Positions 55,126 through 63,855 are shown, counted from the stretch's first letter. The stretch: 64,000 bases of DNA from an uncultured Gammaproteobacteria bacterium (GCA_963701975.1 OY969692.1:995754-1059753); one strand, 5' to 3'. Program-made: numbers and translations. Notes: generated by a model from the sequence alone, not told the origin.

Positions 55126-55952
55126 GCGAGGATTTCCTGCACACGATGGCGCAGGCGAGCCGCGAGCGCGTGGCACGCGCGCTCGCGATTTGCGGGCTGC
55201 GGGAACTTCAGGCCCGGGCTCTCGCGCTGCCCGCGGCACCGAAGCTCAAGCTGTCGGGCGGCTTCGACCTGATCGCCGAGGTCAAGCTGCGCTCGCCCGC
55301 GGCCGGACTGCTGCAGCAGGAGGGCGAGGACATCGGCGCACGCGTGGCCGCGTACGCGGACGCCGGCGCCGCGGCGATCTCGGTGCTGACCGAGCCGAGC
55401 CGCTTCGATGGGGCGCTGTCGCATCTGACGCGCGCGGTGCAGGGGCTCGCTGGCCGCATTCCGGTCATGCGCAAGGATTTCCTGGTCGATGCCTACCAGG
55501 TGTACGAGGCGCGCGCGGCGGGAGCGGGCGGGGTGCTGATCATTCTGCGGATGCTGAAGCGAGCCGAGCTCGAGGCACTGATCGAGGCGGCGGCGCAGCT
55601 CGGGCTGTTTGCGCTGCTGGAAGCCTTCGACCAGGCGGACCTGCAACTGGCCGCCGAGCTGGTGCGCGCGTTTGGTGCGCGCGCCACGCTCCTGGTCGGC
55701 GTGAATTGCCGCGATCTCGTCACGCTCAAGGTGGTCCCGGGGCGGCTCGAGGCGCTCGCGCCACGGCTGCCGCGCGATGTCGCGCGCGTGGCCGAAAGCG
55801 GCGTCGCGAACGGCGCTGATGCGGCGCGGGTGGCCGAGGCTGGCTACGAGGTCGCGCTGGTGGGCAGCGCGCTGATGCAATCCGCCGATCCGCTCGGGCT
55901 TGCGGCCACGATGCTCTCGGCCGGGCGCGCTGCCGCGGGCGCGCGCACGTGA
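55122..55952 (+). CDS. trpC: Indole-3-glycerol-phosphate synthase
   Basis: The ATG at 55122 overlaps the trpD stop (ATGA). LIAEVKLRSPAAG, ISVLTEPSRFDG and RKDFLVDAYQVYEARAAGA. Confidence 0.9.
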   Translation: MSEDFLHTMAQASRERVARALAICGLRELQARALALPAAPKLKLSGGFDLIAEVKLRSPAAGLLQQEGEDIGARVAAYADAGAAAISVLTEPSRFDGALSHLTRAVQGLAGRIPVMRKDFLVDAYQVYEARAAGAGGVLIILRMLKRAELEALIEAAAQLGLFALLEAFDQADLQLAAELVRAFGARATLLVGVNCRDLVTLKVVPGRLEALAPRLPRDVARVAESGVANGADAARVAEAGYEVALVGSALMQSADPLGLAATMLSAGRAAAGART

Positions 55953-55959
55953 GGCGGCC

Positions 55960-56565
55960 ATGTGGCTGAAGATCTGCGGCGTGACCACTCGCGAGGCGGT
56001 GGAGGCGGCGCTGGAGGCGCGGGTCCACGCGATCGGGTTCGTGTTCTCGCCGTCGGTACGGCGGCTCGAGCCGGCGCAGGCGGCGCAACTGGCCGCGCGG
56101 GCGCGCGGGCGGGTCGCGCTGATCGCGGTGACCGCGCAGGCCGAGCAGCGACTGATCGATGACATCGTGCGCCTGTTCCGGCCCGACGCGCTGCAGGCGG
56201 ACCTGGCGGACTTCGAGCGCCTGCGGCTGCCCAAGACGCTGGCGCGGTTGCCGGTACTGCGCTCGGCGCTGCCGGCCGGCACCGCGGCGCCGCCCCGGCT
56301 GCTGTTCGAGGGCGCACGCAGCGGCAGCGGCACCGTGGCGGACTGGCACCTCGCCGCGAGCCTCGCAGGCACGAGCGAGCTGATACTGGCCGGCGGTCTC
56401 AACGCGCACAATGTCGAGCAGGCAATTCGCGCCGTGCGGCCCCATGGCGTCGATGTCTCGAGCGGTGTCGAATCCTCGCCCGGGCGCAAGAGTGCCGACA
56501 AGATCGCGGAATTCGTCGACGCCGCAACCGCGGCATTTGAAGGAATGGATCATGATGAACCCTGA
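55960..56565 (+). CDS. trpF: Phosphoribosylanthranilate isomerase
   Basis: MWLKICGVTTREA...HAIGFVF...LILAGGLNAHNV...VDVSSGVE. 201 aa. Confidence 0.88.
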   Translation: MWLKICGVTTREAVEAALEARVHAIGFVFSPSVRRLEPAQAAQLAARARGRVALIAVTAQAEQRLIDDIVRLFRPDALQADLADFERLRLPKTLARLPVLRSALPAGTAAPPRLLFEGARSGSGTVADWHLAASLAGTSELILAGGLNAHNVEQAIRAVRPHGVDVSSGVESSPGRKSADKIAEFVDAATAAFEGMDHDEP

Positions 56566-57808
56566 CACGGTGGCGCAACACGAGCGCATGCTCTCGGATC
56601 TGCTGGCGGGCCGTTACCCGGACGATCGCGGGCGCTATGGTCCGTTTGGCGGCCGCTATGTACCGGAGACCCTGATTCCGGCGCACGAACGGCTCGAACG
56701 CGGCGCGCGCCGCTGGCTGGCGGATCCCGAATTTCAAGCCGAGCTGAATCGCGAGCTGCGCGATTGGGTCGGACGGCCCACCGCGCTCAGTCCCGCGCCG
56801 CACCTGTCGAAGCGCTGGGGTGCCGAGGTCTGGCTCAAGCGCGAGGATCTGGCGCACACCGGGGCGCACAAGATCAACAATGCGCTCGGGCAGGCGCTGC
56901 TCGCACGCCGGCTCGGCGCCAAGCGCATCGTCGCCGAGACCGGCGCCGGCCAGCATGGCGTCGCGAGCGCGGCGGCTTGCGCCCGCGTCGGCCTGCCGTG
57001 CACGGTCTACATGGGCGAGGTCGACATGCAGCGCCAGGCGCCGAACGTCGGCCGCATGAAACTGCTCGGCGCCACGGTGGTACCGGTCACCAGCGGTGAT
57101 CGCACGCTGCGCGCGGCGATCGACGAGGCGCTGCGCGACTGGGTGTCCGATCCGACCAGCACCTATTATCTGCTGGGCTCTGCGGTCGGCGGTCATCCGT
57201 ATCCGTACATCGTGCGCGAGCTGCAGTCGGTGATCGGCCGCGAGGCGCGCGCGCAGATCCTGGAGCGCGCCGGCGCGCTGCCCGATGCGCTGCTCGCCTG
57301 CGTCGGCGGCGGCTCGAATGCGATCGGCCTGTTTCACGCGTTCCTCGCCGATCGCAGCGTCACGATCATCGGTGTCGAGGCCGGCGGCCGCGGTTCGGGG
57401 CTGGGCGACAATGCAGCCACGCTGGTCTATGGCCGGCCGGGGGTGCTGCACGGCAGCTATTCAATGCTGCTGCAGGATCGGGACGGGCAGATCCAGGAGA
57501 CGCATTCGGTGTCCGCGGGCCTGGATTATCCGGGCGTGGGCCCGGAGCACTCGCTGCTGAGCCTGATCGGGCGCGTGCGCTACGAAGCCGCAACCGATGC
57601 GGAGTCGCTCGCGGCGGTGCGCGAGTGCTGCGAATCCGAGGGGATCCTGCCGGCGATCGAGAGCGCGCACGCACTGGCCGGCGCCCGCCGTTGGGCCGGC
57701 TCGCATCCGGGCGCGCGCATCCTGGTCGGTGTCTCGGGGCGCGGCGACAAGGACATGCAGACGCTGACCCAGGCGCTGCTGGGGCCGCGCGCGGAAGGGC
57801 AGCCATGA
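56552..57808 (+). CDS. trpB: Tryptophan synthase beta chain
   Basis: AAGGA lies 7 nt upstream of the ATG at 56552. Motifs FGGRYVPETL, HTGAHKINN (PLP Lys) and GGGSNAIG. It overlaps trpF by 14 nt. Confidence 0.93.
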   Translation: MMNPDTVAQHERMLSDLLAGRYPDDRGRYGPFGGRYVPETLIPAHERLERGARRWLADPEFQAELNRELRDWVGRPTALSPAPHLSKRWGAEVWLKREDLAHTGAHKINNALGQALLARRLGAKRIVAETGAGQHGVASAAACARVGLPCTVYMGEVDMQRQAPNVGRMKLLGATVVPVTSGDRTLRAAIDEALRDWVSDPTSTYYLLGSAVGGHPYPYIVRELQSVIGREARAQILERAGALPDALLACVGGGSNAIGLFHAFLADRSVTIIGVEAGGRGSGLGDNAATLVYGRPGVLHGSYSMLLQDRDGQIQETHSVSAGLDYPGVGPEHSLLSLIGRVRYEAATDAESLAAVRECCESEGILPAIESAHALAGARRWAGSHPGARILVGVSGRGDKDMQTLTQALLGPRAEGQP

Positions 57809-58608
57809 CGGCGGCCTCGAGCCCCGCGGGCGTTGCGCCGCGCGAGCGCATCGTGTCGGCGCTGCGCGCCGCGGCCAAGCACGGTCAGCCGGCGCTGGTG
57901 GCGTTCCTGACCGCGGGATTCCCGAGCCGCGAGCAGTTCCGCGAGCATCTGGCGGCGATTGCCAGCGAGGCCGATGTGGTCGAGATCGGCGTGCCGTTCT
58001 CCGACCCGATGGCGGACGGGGTGACGATCCAGCGCGCGAGCGAGCAGGCGTTGCGCGCCGGGGTGAGCCTCGGCTGGATACTGGAGCAGCTCGGGTCGAT
58101 GCCGCCGCTGGCCACTCCGCTGCTGCTGATGAGCTACATGAACCCGCTGCTGGCCTTCGGGCTGCCGGCCCTGGCCGAGCGCGCCGCGCGCGTCGGTGTC
58201 TGCGGTTTCATCGTGCCGGATCTGCCGTTCGATGAAAGCGAGGAGCTGCGTGTGGCGCTGGCGCCGCACGCTCTGGCGCTGGTGCAGATGGTGACTCCGG
58301 TGACGCCCCCCGAGCGGCTCGCGAAGGTGGCCGGCGCCAGCCAGGGGTTCGTCTACGCGGTCACGATGACCGGCACCACCGGCCACAGTGTTGCCGCGCC
58401 GAAGGACATCGCCGAGTATCTCGAGCGCGTGCGCGCGGCGGCGAGCGTGCCGGTGTGCGCCGGCTTCGGCATCCGCACGCGCGAGCAGATCGAGGCGCTG
58501 CGCGGCATGGTGGACGGCGTGATCGTCGGCTCGGCCCTGGTCGAGGTGCTCGAACGCGGTGAATCGCCACAGCGCTGGCTCGCCGCCCTGCGGCCACCGC
58601 GCCGCTAA
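57805..58608 (+). CDS. trpA: Tryptophan synthase alpha chain
   Basis: The ATG at 57805 overlaps the trpB stop (ATGA). LVAFLTAGFP, EIGVPFSDPMADGVTIQ and GFGI. Confidence 0.92.
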   Translation: MTAASSPAGVAPRERIVSALRAAAKHGQPALVAFLTAGFPSREQFREHLAAIASEADVVEIGVPFSDPMADGVTIQRASEQALRAGVSLGWILEQLGSMPPLATPLLLMSYMNPLLAFGLPALAERAARVGVCGFIVPDLPFDESEELRVALAPHALALVQMVTPVTPPERLAKVAGASQGFVYAVTMTGTTGHSVAAPKDIAEYLERVRAAASVPVCAGFGIRTREQIEALRGMVDGVIVGSALVEVLERGESPQRWLAALRPPRR

Positions 58609-58648
58609 AGGACGCTACTTTCGTCGATCAAGCACCGGAGGTCACGCG

Positions 58649-59365
58649 TTGCCGAGCCTTACCGTCGAGGAGCGATTCTGCGGCCCACCCGGCTGTGCCA
58701 ACGGCGGCTACTTCGCCGGGCTGCTGTCGCAGTTCTCGCAGCAACTGGTGCGGGTGCGGCTGGAACGGCCGATCCCACTGCAGGTGCCGCTCGAGGTGCA
58801 GAGCGATGACAGCGGTGCGCTGCAACTGACGCACGGTGGGCAGATTCTGGCGCGCGCCCAGCCGGTCGTGTTCGAGCTCGCGGTGCCAGCGGCACCGGAT
58901 TATCTGCAGGCCCTCGACGCGTCACGCCATTTCATCGGCTTCGGCCGGCACGCGTTTCCGAACTGTTTCGTCTGCGGCCCCGATCGCACGCGCGGTGACG
59001 GGCTGCGCATCTTTGCCGGAGCGCTTCCCGGGCATGAGCAGGTGGCCGCGACCTGGGTCCCGGACCTATCGCTCGCGGGGCACGATGGCAAGGTGCGGCC
59101 GGAGTTCATGAGCGCTGCGCTCGACTGCCCCGGTTATTTCGCGGCCCGCAGCGACGGCGTGGCGATGCTGCTCGGCGAATTCACCGTGCATGTCGATCGC
59201 TGCGTGCATGTCGACGAGCCGTGCATCGTGATCGGCTGGCGGATTGGCATCACCGGCCGAAAATACGAGGTCGGCACCGCGCTGTTCGACTATGACGGGG
59301 ATCTTTGCGCGCGGGCGCGCGCACTGTGGATCGAGCCCAAGTCGGGCATCGTGCGCGAACTGTAG
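58649..59365 (+). CDS. Hotdog-fold (thioesterase-like) protein
   Basis: The TTG at 58649 is preceded by GGAGG (6-nt spacer). CANGGYFAGLL...FPNCFVCGPDRTRGDGLRIF resembles PaaI/4HBT-like thioesterases. 238 aa. Confidence 0.6.
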   Translation: MPSLTVEERFCGPPGCANGGYFAGLLSQFSQQLVRVRLERPIPLQVPLEVQSDDSGALQLTHGGQILARAQPVVFELAVPAAPDYLQALDASRHFIGFGRHAFPNCFVCGPDRTRGDGLRIFAGALPGHEQVAATWVPDLSLAGHDGKVRPEFMSAALDCPGYFAARSDGVAMLLGEFTVHVDRCVHVDEPCIVIGWRIGITGRKYEVGTALFDYDGDLCARARALWIEPKSGIVREL

Positions 59366-59379
59366 ATTCGCGGGGCGCT

Positions 59380-59802
59380 TCAGTCCTCGCCATGGTGGTC
59401 GTGATCGCGATTGTCATGGTGCTCGTGATCATGCTCATGCTCATGGCCATGGCCCGGATCACGACGCACGTAGCCCGGCTCGTACTCCGCGGATCGCACG
59501 AAATACACCGGGCGGTCACAGGCGTGGTATTCGCGGCAGTGCTCACGCCAATGCCGGGCATGCTCCGGTGGCACGTGCAGGTAGACGGGCGGCGGCGCGA
59601 CCGCGTACGGGACCGGCTCGATCACCATCGGATGGGCGTACACCAGCGGTGGCGGCGGATTGTTGCCGAGCTGCACCTGGCCGTAGACGCCCGGCGCAAT
59701 CTGTCCGGAAACAATCACACCGATGTTCAGGTCGCCGGCGCGGCAGGCGCCCGTGCCCGCGACCACCATGGCTACGACCGAGCTCAGGAGCCAGTGACGC
59801 AT
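59380..59802 (-). CDS. Small secreted protein with a His-rich C-terminal tail
   Basis: The ATG at 59802 is preceded by GAGGTG. Signal peptide MRHWLLSSVVAMVVAGTGACRA. The Pro-rich core contains HARHWREHCREYHACDRPVYFV. The tail is DPGHGHEHEHDHEHHDNRDHDHHGED. Confidence 0.65.
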   Translation of the reverse strand: MRHWLLSSVVAMVVAGTGACRAGDLNIGVIVSGQIAPGVYGQVQLGNNPPPPLVYAHPMVIEPVPYAVAPPPVYLHVPPEHARHWREHCREYHACDRPVYFVRSAEYEPGYVRRDPGHGHEHEHDHEHHDNRDHDHHGED

Positions 59803-60085
59803 ATCAACACCTCGGGGCGAATGGCCTAAGAGGGTTGAAAATCTATCGCAGCGATCTGCGCCCGATTCGGACGGCCGTCGCAATTTTCAAAATGCCTCCC
59901 CCGCGTTGCCAAGGATTAGAGCAGCCCTGCGCAAAGCGCGGGAGAAACTGTCGTCGATTGACGACGGTCGAGCGCCCGGACCTATCACTCGTTTGTCACC
60001 GCGCCGCCACTGCATTGTCATCGCGCTCGCTCCTAGTATCGACCGCAGTGCTCAGGCAATGACGTCGGAACAGGAGACTCAAGCG

Positions 60086-60670
60086 ATGGCAACTCTGTGT
60101 GTTGGCGAAATCGACGGTTCAGCTCCACTGCTGCGCGAGTGGCTCGGCGGCGACTGGGCGCTGCTGTTCTCGCACCCGGAGGATTTTCAGGATCAGGGGC
60201 TGGAACGCGATCGATGGCTTACGATCCTGCGCGATGAGTTTCGTGCGCGCGGGGTGCGACCGGCCGCCTGTCGCCGAGCCGCCGGCGACGCCGACGACAG
60301 CTGGGTCGGAGAACTGATCTGCGATCACCGCCTGCTGCGGCTCGGGGCGGGCGCGAGCGCCGTCGCGAGCGGCGATCCGATCGACATCGCGGCGCGCAGT
60401 CTGCGCGACGAGATCCTGACGCTGGCGCCGCGCTTCGTTCTGATCATCGACGAGAACCTGCAGCGTCGCGGCGTGCTCAAATACAGCGCCGGCCGCACCA
60501 CGGTTTCCCCACTCGATCTGCTGGCGTCGATCGACGCATTTCGCCGCCGCACGCCGGCACGCGCCGTGGCGCCGCAGCGGCGTCTTCGTGTGCCGGCCGC
60601 CGCCGCGATCGCCAACGGTCGATCCAGCGTGAGCGTGCGCACGGGCGCGAGCGACAACGCGGCTACATAG
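60086..60670 (+). CDS. Peroxiredoxin-like (1-Cys Prx fold) protein lacking the peroxidatic Cys
   Basis: AGGAG lies 9 nt upstream of the ATG at 60086. GDWALLFSHPEDFQDQGLE sits where Prx proteins have FSHPxDFTPVCTTE. Later, FVLIIDENLQRRGVLKY...LLASIDAF is Prx-like. Confidence 0.6.
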   Translation: MATLCVGEIDGSAPLLREWLGGDWALLFSHPEDFQDQGLERDRWLTILRDEFRARGVRPAACRRAAGDADDSWVGELICDHRLLRLGAGASAVASGDPIDIAARSLRDEILTLAPRFVLIIDENLQRRGVLKYSAGRTTVSPLDLLASIDAFRRRTPARAVAPQRRLRVPAAAAIANGRSSVSVRTGASDNAAT

Positions 60671-60828
60671 CGAAACAAGAATTCGTCATGGCAAATCGCT
60701 ATTGGACCGTTCCCGTCCACCCTGTCTATCTTCGGTCCGCTGCACCGGCCGACTGGGGCGTTGATGCCTCCGCCCGGCCACCGCAGCCCTACGAATAACG
60801 GCGACGAGTAACGGCAAGCGGAGCGGTC

Positions 60829-62223
60829 ATGACGGAAATCGCACAGGTTCAGGTGGGGGGCGTCCGGCGCGAGTCGCTTTGGGCCGATTTCATCCGCAAG
60901 GACGACTGGTGGGCGATCTGGATCGGGCTGGGCCTGGTCGTGGTTGCGGCCGGCCTGGTCGCCAGCGGCACCAGCCTCAAATGGCTGGCGGTGGCGCCGC
61001 AGAAGTGGAGCCACTGGCCCGATGCCATCGCCCAGCTCAAGACCCATGCGCTGCAGTACCTGGCGCTGTTCGCGCTGTGGGCGACGCTGTTCGGGATTGG
61101 CGTCCGTGCGCTCGGCTACCGACTGTCGCGCTTCCTGCCGGTGTTCGCGCTGGTCTACGTGGTCTCACTCGGCATTTATCTGCTGGGCCAATGGGACCAG
61201 GCCTCGCACTACAACCTCGAGCCGCCGCTGGTCGCCCTGGTGCTCGGTCTCGCGGTGGCCAATACCGTCGGCGTACCCGCCTGGACCGATGCCGGTCTGC
61301 GGGTCGAGCTCTATATAAAGACCGGCATCGTGCTGCTCGGGGCGGGCCTGCCCTTGACCCTGATTGCCTGGGCGGGGCCGGTCGCGATCGTGCAGGCGGC
61401 GGTCGTCTCGCTGGTGACTTTCGGCGTGATCTATTTCACCGCCATCCGTCTGGGACTGGACCGCCGTCTGGCCGCCACCCTCGGAACCGGGGGTGCGGTC
61501 TGCGGCGTGTCCGGCGCAATCGCCACCGCGGGCGCGGTCGGCGCCCGCAAGGAGCAGGCCTCGATTGCGATTTCACTGGTGATCTTCTGGGCGATTCTCG
61601 CGATCTTCATCCTGCCGCTGCTGGCGCGCGCGCTGCAGCTGCCGACCGGCGTGGCCGGCGCGTGGATCGGCACCTCCGAGTTTGCCGATGCGGCCGGCCT
61701 GGCCGCGGCACAGGCCTACGGCGGTTACGCCGGTCACGTGGCCGGGATCACGGGCAGCCCGGATGCTGCGGTCAACGCGTTCACGCTGATGAAAGTCATC
61801 GGTCGCGACGTCTGGATCGGGGTCTGGGCGTTCGTGCTGTCGATCGTCGCGACCACGCGCTGGCAGGCCACCGGCATCCAGTCCAAGCCCAACGTCGCCG
61901 AGATCTGGCGGCGCTTTCCGAAGTTCGTGCTCGGCTTCCTGATCGCCTCGGCGATCGTGACCGTGATCTCGATCGGCTACAGCTACGCCGACTACAAGAA
62001 AGTCGTGCAGCCCTCGCTGGTGGCCCCGCTGCAGGCGCTGCGCGTCTGGGCGTTCACGTTCACGTTCCTCGCGATCGGCCTGACGACGCGCTTTCGCGAG
62101 TTCGTCAGCGGCGGTGCCAAGCCGTTCTACGCCTTCACCGCCGGCGTCGCGGTCAACATTCTGCTCGGCTACATCCTGTCGACGCAGGTGTTCGTGGGCT
62201 TCTGGACACGGTTCGGTCAGTGA
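60829..62223 (+). CDS. YeiH/UPF0324-family membrane protein (putative sulfate-exporter family)
   Basis: 464 aa with about 11 TM helices. Central segment LGTGGAVCGVSGAIATAGAVGA is typical of the family. Confidence 0.75.
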   Translation: MTEIAQVQVGGVRRESLWADFIRKDDWWAIWIGLGLVVVAAGLVASGTSLKWLAVAPQKWSHWPDAIAQLKTHALQYLALFALWATLFGIGVRALGYRLSRFLPVFALVYVVSLGIYLLGQWDQASHYNLEPPLVALVLGLAVANTVGVPAWTDAGLRVELYIKTGIVLLGAGLPLTLIAWAGPVAIVQAAVVSLVTFGVIYFTAIRLGLDRRLAATLGTGGAVCGVSGAIATAGAVGARKEQASIAISLVIFWAILAIFILPLLARALQLPTGVAGAWIGTSEFADAAGLAAAQAYGGYAGHVAGITGSPDAAVNAFTLMKVIGRDVWIGVWAFVLSIVATTRWQATGIQSKPNVAEIWRRFPKFVLGFLIASAIVTVISIGYSYADYKKVVQPSLVAPLQALRVWAFTFTFLAIGLTTRFREFVSGGAKPFYAFTAGVAVNILLGYILSTQVFVGFWTRFGQ

Positions 62224-62468
62224 GCGACTGGGCGCCGATGCACTGGAGCGCGGCGCGCGAACCCGCGCCGCTGAATCGTACGGCGCCAGAAGAGCGCTGC
62301 GGCAGCTGTCGGTATTTCTGCCAGGCACCGCACGAGATCGAGTCGCAGCTGCCGGGCCTGAAGAGCCTCGGATCGGTGTTCGCCTCGGTGCGAGCCTCCG
62401 ACGGCCTGTGCCGACTACACGATCGTTATCTCGGCGCATCGAGTCGCTGCGCTCACTACGAGTCTTAA
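62220..62468 (+). CDS. Small Cys-rich hypothetical protein
   Basis: The GTG at 62220 overlaps the yeiH-like stop; an alternative ATG is at 62238. Five Cys residues, including CGSCRYFC. No clear RBS. Confidence 0.4.
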   Translation: MSDWAPMHWSAAREPAPLNRTAPEERCGSCRYFCQAPHEIESQLPGLKSLGSVFASVRASDGLCRLHDRYLGASSRCAHYES

Positions 62469-62471
62469 GAT

Positions 62472-63380
62472 CTAACCGGTAGTCGAGATCTGGCCGCGAC
62501 GACGCGAGCGCTCCAGGCGGGATGATCCGAGCCGCCGCTCCGGGCGGGGCGGCCAATCGGGCAGCGAAGAGCCTGCCGGGGCACGGCGCTCGCGCCTGCC
62601 CTGGCGCGATGCCGGGGCCAGACGCGCATATTCGGTTGGGCTCTTGCGCATGTAGCGCCGGAACATGCGGGCGAAATAGGACGCATCGGTAAAGCCGGCG
62701 GCGATCGCCACGCGGGTGACCGAGGCGTTCGGCATCTTCAGCAGCTTGCATGCGGTTTCGATGCGCAGCCGCGTCACATAGTCGCGGCAGCTGCAGCCGA
62801 AGGTGCGGTGAAACAGGCGGCTGAAACTGTAGCGACTCATGCCGCAGGCGCGCGCGAGTTGCGCGATGCGCAGCCGGTTGGTGTGATCGCGCCGGATGTT
62901 CTCCACGATCCGTTCCATGACCGCCTTCTCGGCATCCCCGCGGGCCAGTCCCTGCGACACCGGCAATATCGTGCCCGGTCGTTCGATCTGGCGGCCCATC
63001 GGCTCACGGCGCGACAGCAGCTTGGCGAGCTGCAGCAGATTGGCTTTCAGTTCGCGCAGTGGCACTGGTTTTACCAGGTAATTCCAGACGCGCGCGCGGA
63101 ACGCCCATACAGCCAGGTCCTCGCTGTGGGTCTCGGTGAACATCAGGATCGGTACGCCGGAGTGCAGGCGCTTGACGCTCTGGAGCAATTGCAGATCGAT
63201 CGCGGTGGGTTCCTGGAAATCGAATACCACCGCGTTGGCCTGCGTCTTGTTGAGTGCGGCCAGCGCGCGGCTCGACACGCAGGTGCTGACGGTGCACAGG
63301 CGCCGGCATTCTTCCAGCAGTTCAGCTCCACAGTTGTTGGTGGAACACGAAATCCAAAGCACACGCAGCGCGCCTGTCAC
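62472..63380 (-). CDS. AraC-family regulator with an N-terminal receiver-like domain
   Basis: C-terminal AraC HTH pair (IAQLARACGMSRYSFSRLFHRTFG ... VAIAAGFTDASYFARMFRRYMRKSPTEY). The N-terminal CheY-like fold (AVVFDFQ, ILMFTE, YLVKP) lacks the acidic DD pair. Confidence 0.8.
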   Translation of the reverse strand: MTGALRVLWISCSTNNCGAELLEECRRLCTVSTCVSSRALAALNKTQANAVVFDFQEPTAIDLQLLQSVKRLHSGVPILMFTETHSEDLAVWAFRARVWNYLVKPVPLRELKANLLQLAKLLSRREPMGRQIERPGTILPVSQGLARGDAEKAVMERIVENIRRDHTNRLRIAQLARACGMSRYSFSRLFHRTFGCSCRDYVTRLRIETACKLLKMPNASVTRVAIAAGFTDASYFARMFRRYMRKSPTEYARLAPASRQGRRERRAPAGSSLPDWPPRPERRLGSSRLERSRRRGQISTTG

Positions 63381-63648
63381 TTAGATCCCTGCATCAGTCA
63401 CTTTTGTGCAGGTAACTGTCTTTATCTGGCGCCGAAAAGTCAAAGGCTATTTCGCGCACGCTTGGCTATGTCAAATGCGCACAAAGGTGCTCAAGCGGCG
63501 CACAAACGTTCTCGCCAGTGCCGGCGGAATCGCCTAAGTTCGAGCGGCCACAGCGCTTCGACTGGCTGCAGAAGCAGTGAGCACGAGAGTCTGGGGAAAC
63601 CGTAGAGAAACTAACGGCTTGTCACAATCTATAGATGAGGTGACTCAA

Positions 63649-63855
63649 GTGAAGAAGCTTATCGCTGCATTTTTGAAGGACGAGGAAGGTTTGACGATGG
63701 TCGAGTACGCGATCGCGGGCTCGCTGGTAGCCGCCGCGTCCGTCCTCGTATTCACCAATCTGGGCCAGGCAGTCGTCGCCAAGATCACAACGCTCGCTGC
63801 TGATGTAAACGGCGGCGGCGGTGGGGGCGGCGGCGGCGGGGGCGGGGGACGCTGA
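63649..63855 (+). CDS. flp: Flp-family type IVb pilin with a C-terminal poly-Gly tract
   Basis: GAGGTGA lies 5 nt upstream of the GTG at 63649. Flp motif KDEEG/LTMVEYAIAGSLVAAA (G-XXXX-EY). The C-terminus is ADVN-G13-R. Confidence 0.8.
   Translation: MKKLIAAFLKDEEGLTMVEYAIAGSLVAAASVLVFTNLGQAVVAKITTLAADVNGGGGGGGGGGGGGR

Noticed and set aside
54891-56501. 536-aa minus-strand ORF opposite trpD, trpC and trpF
   Set aside because: Shadow ORF with Ala/Arg/Ser-rich low complexity. The trp genes on the plus strand carry diagnostic motifs.
59400-59465. Short CATG/GTGATC-type periodic repeats that look like a micro-array
   Set aside because: They are the antisense of in-frame His/Asp/Glu codons in the tail of the secreted protein (59380..59802). 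They are not an independent repeat element or CRISPR.
63455-63480. Sigma-54-like TGGC-N9-TGC element upstream of flp
   Set aside because: The GG and GC dinucleotides are spaced one nucleotide too far apart relative to TGGCAC-N5-TTGC, and the flanking bases do not match.
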